From NCBI GenBank assembly GCA_000708835.1, contig DF237056.1, positions 1 to 64,000 of the forward strand: a stretch of 64,000 bases of DNA. The letters are read 5' to 3'. Positions 60,210-64,000 of this stretch are shown piece after piece. Both the position numbers and the translations under genes were made by a program. Under the pieces are notes generated by a model. That model was not told the origin of the DNA, searched no databases, and was given only the letters and a program-made list of their open reading frames with translations. This DNA is from Klebsormidium nitens. Taxonomy: Eukaryota > Plantae > Klebsormidiophyceae. Numbering within the stretch: the stretch's first letter is position 1; each line of letters opens with the position of its first letter.

Positions 60210-63200
60210 AGGGCCAAAATGGGGCCGCCCCGGGGCAAGCCGTCCCACCGGGCCCTCATTGAAGAGCTGGCTACCCAGCGGTTTGCAGAGGAAGCAAGAA
60301 AGCAGGTGGGCAAAGCGTGTTGCCTTATGGATTGTGCCTCTCTTCTGCTTCCTACTTTTATAGATTCTCAGTTTGAGAAAATGTTGTTCAGAGCCATCTT
60401 GTGGAGAAGTGTTAAAAGAAGAGATGCCTGTCGTAACTGAAGGCACAAAGAGGCCCCACTCTGGTAGGAGCTGCACCTCTGTTAGTAGCTCAGAGGCAAT
60501 GCACGGCATTGGTCTGCAATGAGCTGGCCTTTGCATTACGAAGTTCTACACATATGCAGCTCAAAATTGCCCACAATCAAGGTTTTGGTGCAGATTATAA
60601 GATTCAATGTGACACATCCCTGACGAATGATTGCCTTAATCTCGGTCTCTTGTTGAAAGGTCCTTCGAAGAAGGACAGACCAGGCAGGGGTGTACAGCAG
60701 TTTCTTTGATGTTTTGAGTGCAGTTAAGAGGATATCAAATAGCCCCTGCCAGCTGCAAGGGCGTGTTTCCGTACATGAAGCTGCGTTCGGCCTTCAGTGC
60801 ACTCTTTCTCAAAAATATGTGTTCACATTGCGACCTTACTTTCAACAAGTACGCAAGCCTACCGCAGTCACAGAAACCTATGACTACGAACAGGGCAGCC
60901 GTCGACAATTGCTCTCAGCCAGCTAAAAGCCTTTTTGTCCACTTGAGTCACAGGAAGTTCTTCGCAACACCGCACACAAGAAGGCCGCCAATGCTGCAGC
61001 CCAAGTCTCAAAGGACCGGCGAGCGCAAATGCTGCAGGTGAGAAGCTGCACGGCCTCGATGCTCAACGTAATTCTGTATTGCGTGTGACCGAGTGTTCAA
61101 AGTGGAGGTACCACAAGAAGCGGGCACTATAGAAGAAGTGTGTCTCGGGAAGTGTGTCCCGGGCTGTGCCTCATCTTTGCCAATTCGAACAAGACGCGAG
61201 ATGTGCTGCATTGGTACTTTGGTGGGTATGCGAATAATGCATGGTATTACTTGATGAGACTTGCAATCTTATAATTCTTGAAGAGGACAGCCCGCCAACT
61301 TTTCCTGCGACTCAAGATACTCTACTCGACTTTGATCTTTAGACGACGGAAAGTGCAGACTGTGCCTGTTGTGACACCGCAGGAGGAGAAGCGGAGAGAT
61401 GAGGAGAAGAAGCAGGCGGAAGAGGAGCTCATCACATACCACAGTCAGACTTTGGTGAGCGAGAGTTTCTGCGGACGACTTTCCCATGTAGTGCGCAACA
61501 AGGCATGCATAAGCGTGCTGTTCGTAGCAAGAGGTTGATCCCCTGGTAGCCACCCTATTAGGGAGCCCCACGTCATGAGAAAGGTCGAAGCCTCCTTGAG
61601 ACTGAGGCAGCTAACCTCTTGGCAATGGATGACGGTCTAAAAGGCGACTCGCTCCATACATTTTCTCTGGTCAATATATACGGGCCAGCCTTCCATAAAG
61701 GTTCATGATCTTGGTGTATCATTCTGTTGTTGTTGCAGACCATAAACAGCAAGAGTGTCTTGACCTGCTACAAGTATAATCCACCCTTGTGAGGCAGATC
61801 AAGGAGCAGCAACATCTGTACTTGACGGTCGCTGCTATACCAGTGAAAAGGCCATTTGAAGTTGAGTTGTAACTTCCAAATCTGTGCAGCAACGGAAGCG
61901 GGATCAGGAGAGGCAGGATTTGCGAGTGGAGCTTGCTCTCCTATACAAGGTGAGACCATAGGCTTAAGTGGTAGAAACACCTCTCAGTTATGACGGGACA
62001 CAAGAACGGCCCTTCTGGTGGCAGACTCCCCGGCAAATGGCATCGAAAACGACGACTGGTTATCGAAAGGAACACCCGTGAATGCAAGACGCTTACTTGA
62101 ATGCTCATGGCGAGACGAGCAGAGGGACGTGGCGGCGGAAGAACAGAGGAGGCGGCTTTTCGCGATCTGGCCCGTGCCGGCCAAAGGTAGCTTCGAGAGT
62201 CGGAGGTATCGTTTTGAACTCAGAATGCCGGTTTGCAGGAAGCTCAAGTCAAACAGAACTTCAGCCCGGGTAATGCATGCCTCTGCAGGCCGAACAAAAG
62301 AAGTGGGCTGCGAAAGACGCGTCGCTGCGTGACGCGGCGCAGGGCATTGACAGCTTTGAGTCGAACCTGCGGCGCTTGGGCCTAGATGCGGACGCCGAAG
62401 CCGATGCGGACCCGGTGATCCCCACTCAGGGGAGCAGCCCGCACGACACGATGCGCAAGATCCTGGGAAAGCTGCCGCCCACCGGGACCGTCGAGCAGGT
62501 AAGGTTAAGATGCACTTTGGAGTTTGGCGCTTGGTTGATGATGTCTGCCGGTGGCGGAACAGTCACTGGATTTTCGGTCTATAGTAGATGCCGTAAACCG
62601 GCAACCGGATTGAATCAGGTTCAGGGGGACAGAAGGGAGTTACAATACAGCCGCCCACTGGAACTGGCGAGCAGGTAGGCTTAGGATACAGAAACTGTCC
62701 AATATCGCGCCGATGAATCAATCTCTGCAGCTCGCAAAGCTGTCTGCTTCTGGTCGATATATCGAAGGTTGTGTTTTGATGGAGAGTAAGGCAGATCAAT
62801 CATAACATGAACCCGGGGGATGGGTGGGGTTAACTTGGGGGTAAGGTTGGGGCAGGTGCGGAGCGCTTGAAAGTTTGGGTTGAGACTTTTAGCTTGTCCT
62901 TGCCCGAAATATCTTCCAAATATGCAGCTTTTCATTGGAAAATCAAAGTCCTCTTTATTTCTGACAATCGGACCAACGCGCATTTCGATCAGGCGGCCAG
63001 GTCCAACCGACATCGGTTGTGCCACTGCATTTTCCACGGAGCTTGTTTTCTGGATTCTACAGAAATCGCTGAGACAGGTTCGCAGTACATGATGTCCTGG
63101 CACGTGTCTCTAAGTTGCTCTTTCTTAGCTTCGTCGTCAAACTTTTAGCTTCGAGTCATGGAAAGTCGTTGTTGTCTACCCCGGCACTTTTCGAACGTTG

Positions 63201-64000
63201 CAATGTAAAAGCGAGATCGAGTACCGGAATAGCAGGCCTATAAGTTCAAGCCTTCACGAAAAAATAAAGGCGTTTTCGGACGGCTTCCCTTGTGAAAGCA
63301 TCGTTGTTTGTTTCCATCTTCCGTCGTCCTGGCGGGAAACGGATCTTCCGTTTCCCGCTTGGTGTGGACAATATAACGAGGCAACCGACAGAATGAAACC
63401 CCTGAGGCGAGTAAGTCAACCCCAACGTGCAGATGCTTAAATTGCAAAAGCAGATGACCTGATCTGAGGAACCTGTTTCATTTTTGCCTTTGCAGTCGGG
63501 CCGTGAGTATCTGGAACGGATCAAGAGGCGGAAAGCGGAAGAAACGCAGGCGAGGAAGGAGCGCGAGCGGAGACGACGCAAGGTCAGCCACAGGACCCAC
63601 ACATCAAATACGAAGCACGCAACGCGAAAATTTGATCAATTGATTATTGCTTTAAGCCCGCAAGGTATTGCCAGAAAGCAGTAGAGAAGTTCGAAGTCGA
63701 GCTGTCTTGAAAATGGACTGCCGTTGCGGATTGTGCCCTTGATGCCAAGTTGAATAGTTCGTCAACTTCTTTTTACGGAAGGATTGCTTTCATGCAGAAA
63801 TGGGATGCGCGAATCCTTGATTGAATCCTGAGGCCAACTTTGAGAGAATGTGCAAGGAGCCCATGTCAACTCCGTCTACAAGTACCTAGGATTTCAAGCC
63901 CTACCTAAGTTACTTACTTCTGAATAAAATGTTCCTCGTGTCGTTCTCCAGGTCGTGGTCGAGCAAGCGCTCGCGCTAGCCGCGGTCCAGGAGGCGCGGC
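60210..64000 (+). CDS. SPEF2/CPC1-like flagellar central-pair protein, partial (start unresolved, runs off the window)
   Basis: Exons read MGPPRGKPSHRALIEELATQRFAEEARKQ; EEKRRDEEKKQAEEEL; DAAQGIDSFESNLRRLG; SGREYLERIKRRKAEETQARKERERRRRK joined to VVVEQALALAAVQEAR. The last resembles the SPEF2 segment YI..I..R.EE...AR..RE.RRRK....Q as recalled. The N-terminal CH domain was not confidently found. Confidence 0.6.

Overview
Intron-rich eukaryotic nuclear DNA with GC-rich exons and GT-AG introns. It combines land-plant-type genes (SEC10, LPA1), a chlorophyte-type proton pump and a probable flagellar central-pair gene, which points to a flagellate streptophyte alga such as Klebsormidium (inference). 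I reconstructed ten spliced protein-coding genes by hand: a conserved plant Lys/Ser-rich protein (-), exocyst SEC10 (+), a P3A plasma-membrane H+-ATPase (-), a carnosine-synthase/L-amino-acid-ligase-like ATP-grasp enzyme (-), an SLC35F6-like transporter (+), an orphan single-pass membrane protein (+), a conserved plant unknown protein (-), LPA1 (+), a GT29 sialyltransferase-like gene (-) and a SPEF2/CPC1-like gene (+, cut off by the window end). Most entries in the ORF track are exon fragments or shadow frames. An island at about 19.7-23.7 kb holds at least four small non-autonomous DNA transposons of different superfamilies, and one family's terminus also borders both assembly gaps. I found no unambiguous new multi-gene system. 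The best leads are a duplicated His/acidic C-terminal module on the H+-ATPase, the orphan ATP-grasp ligase, a repeated 5'-to-3' CpG polarity within genes, and the MITE island. Family assignments are from recalled motifs; no database search was run.
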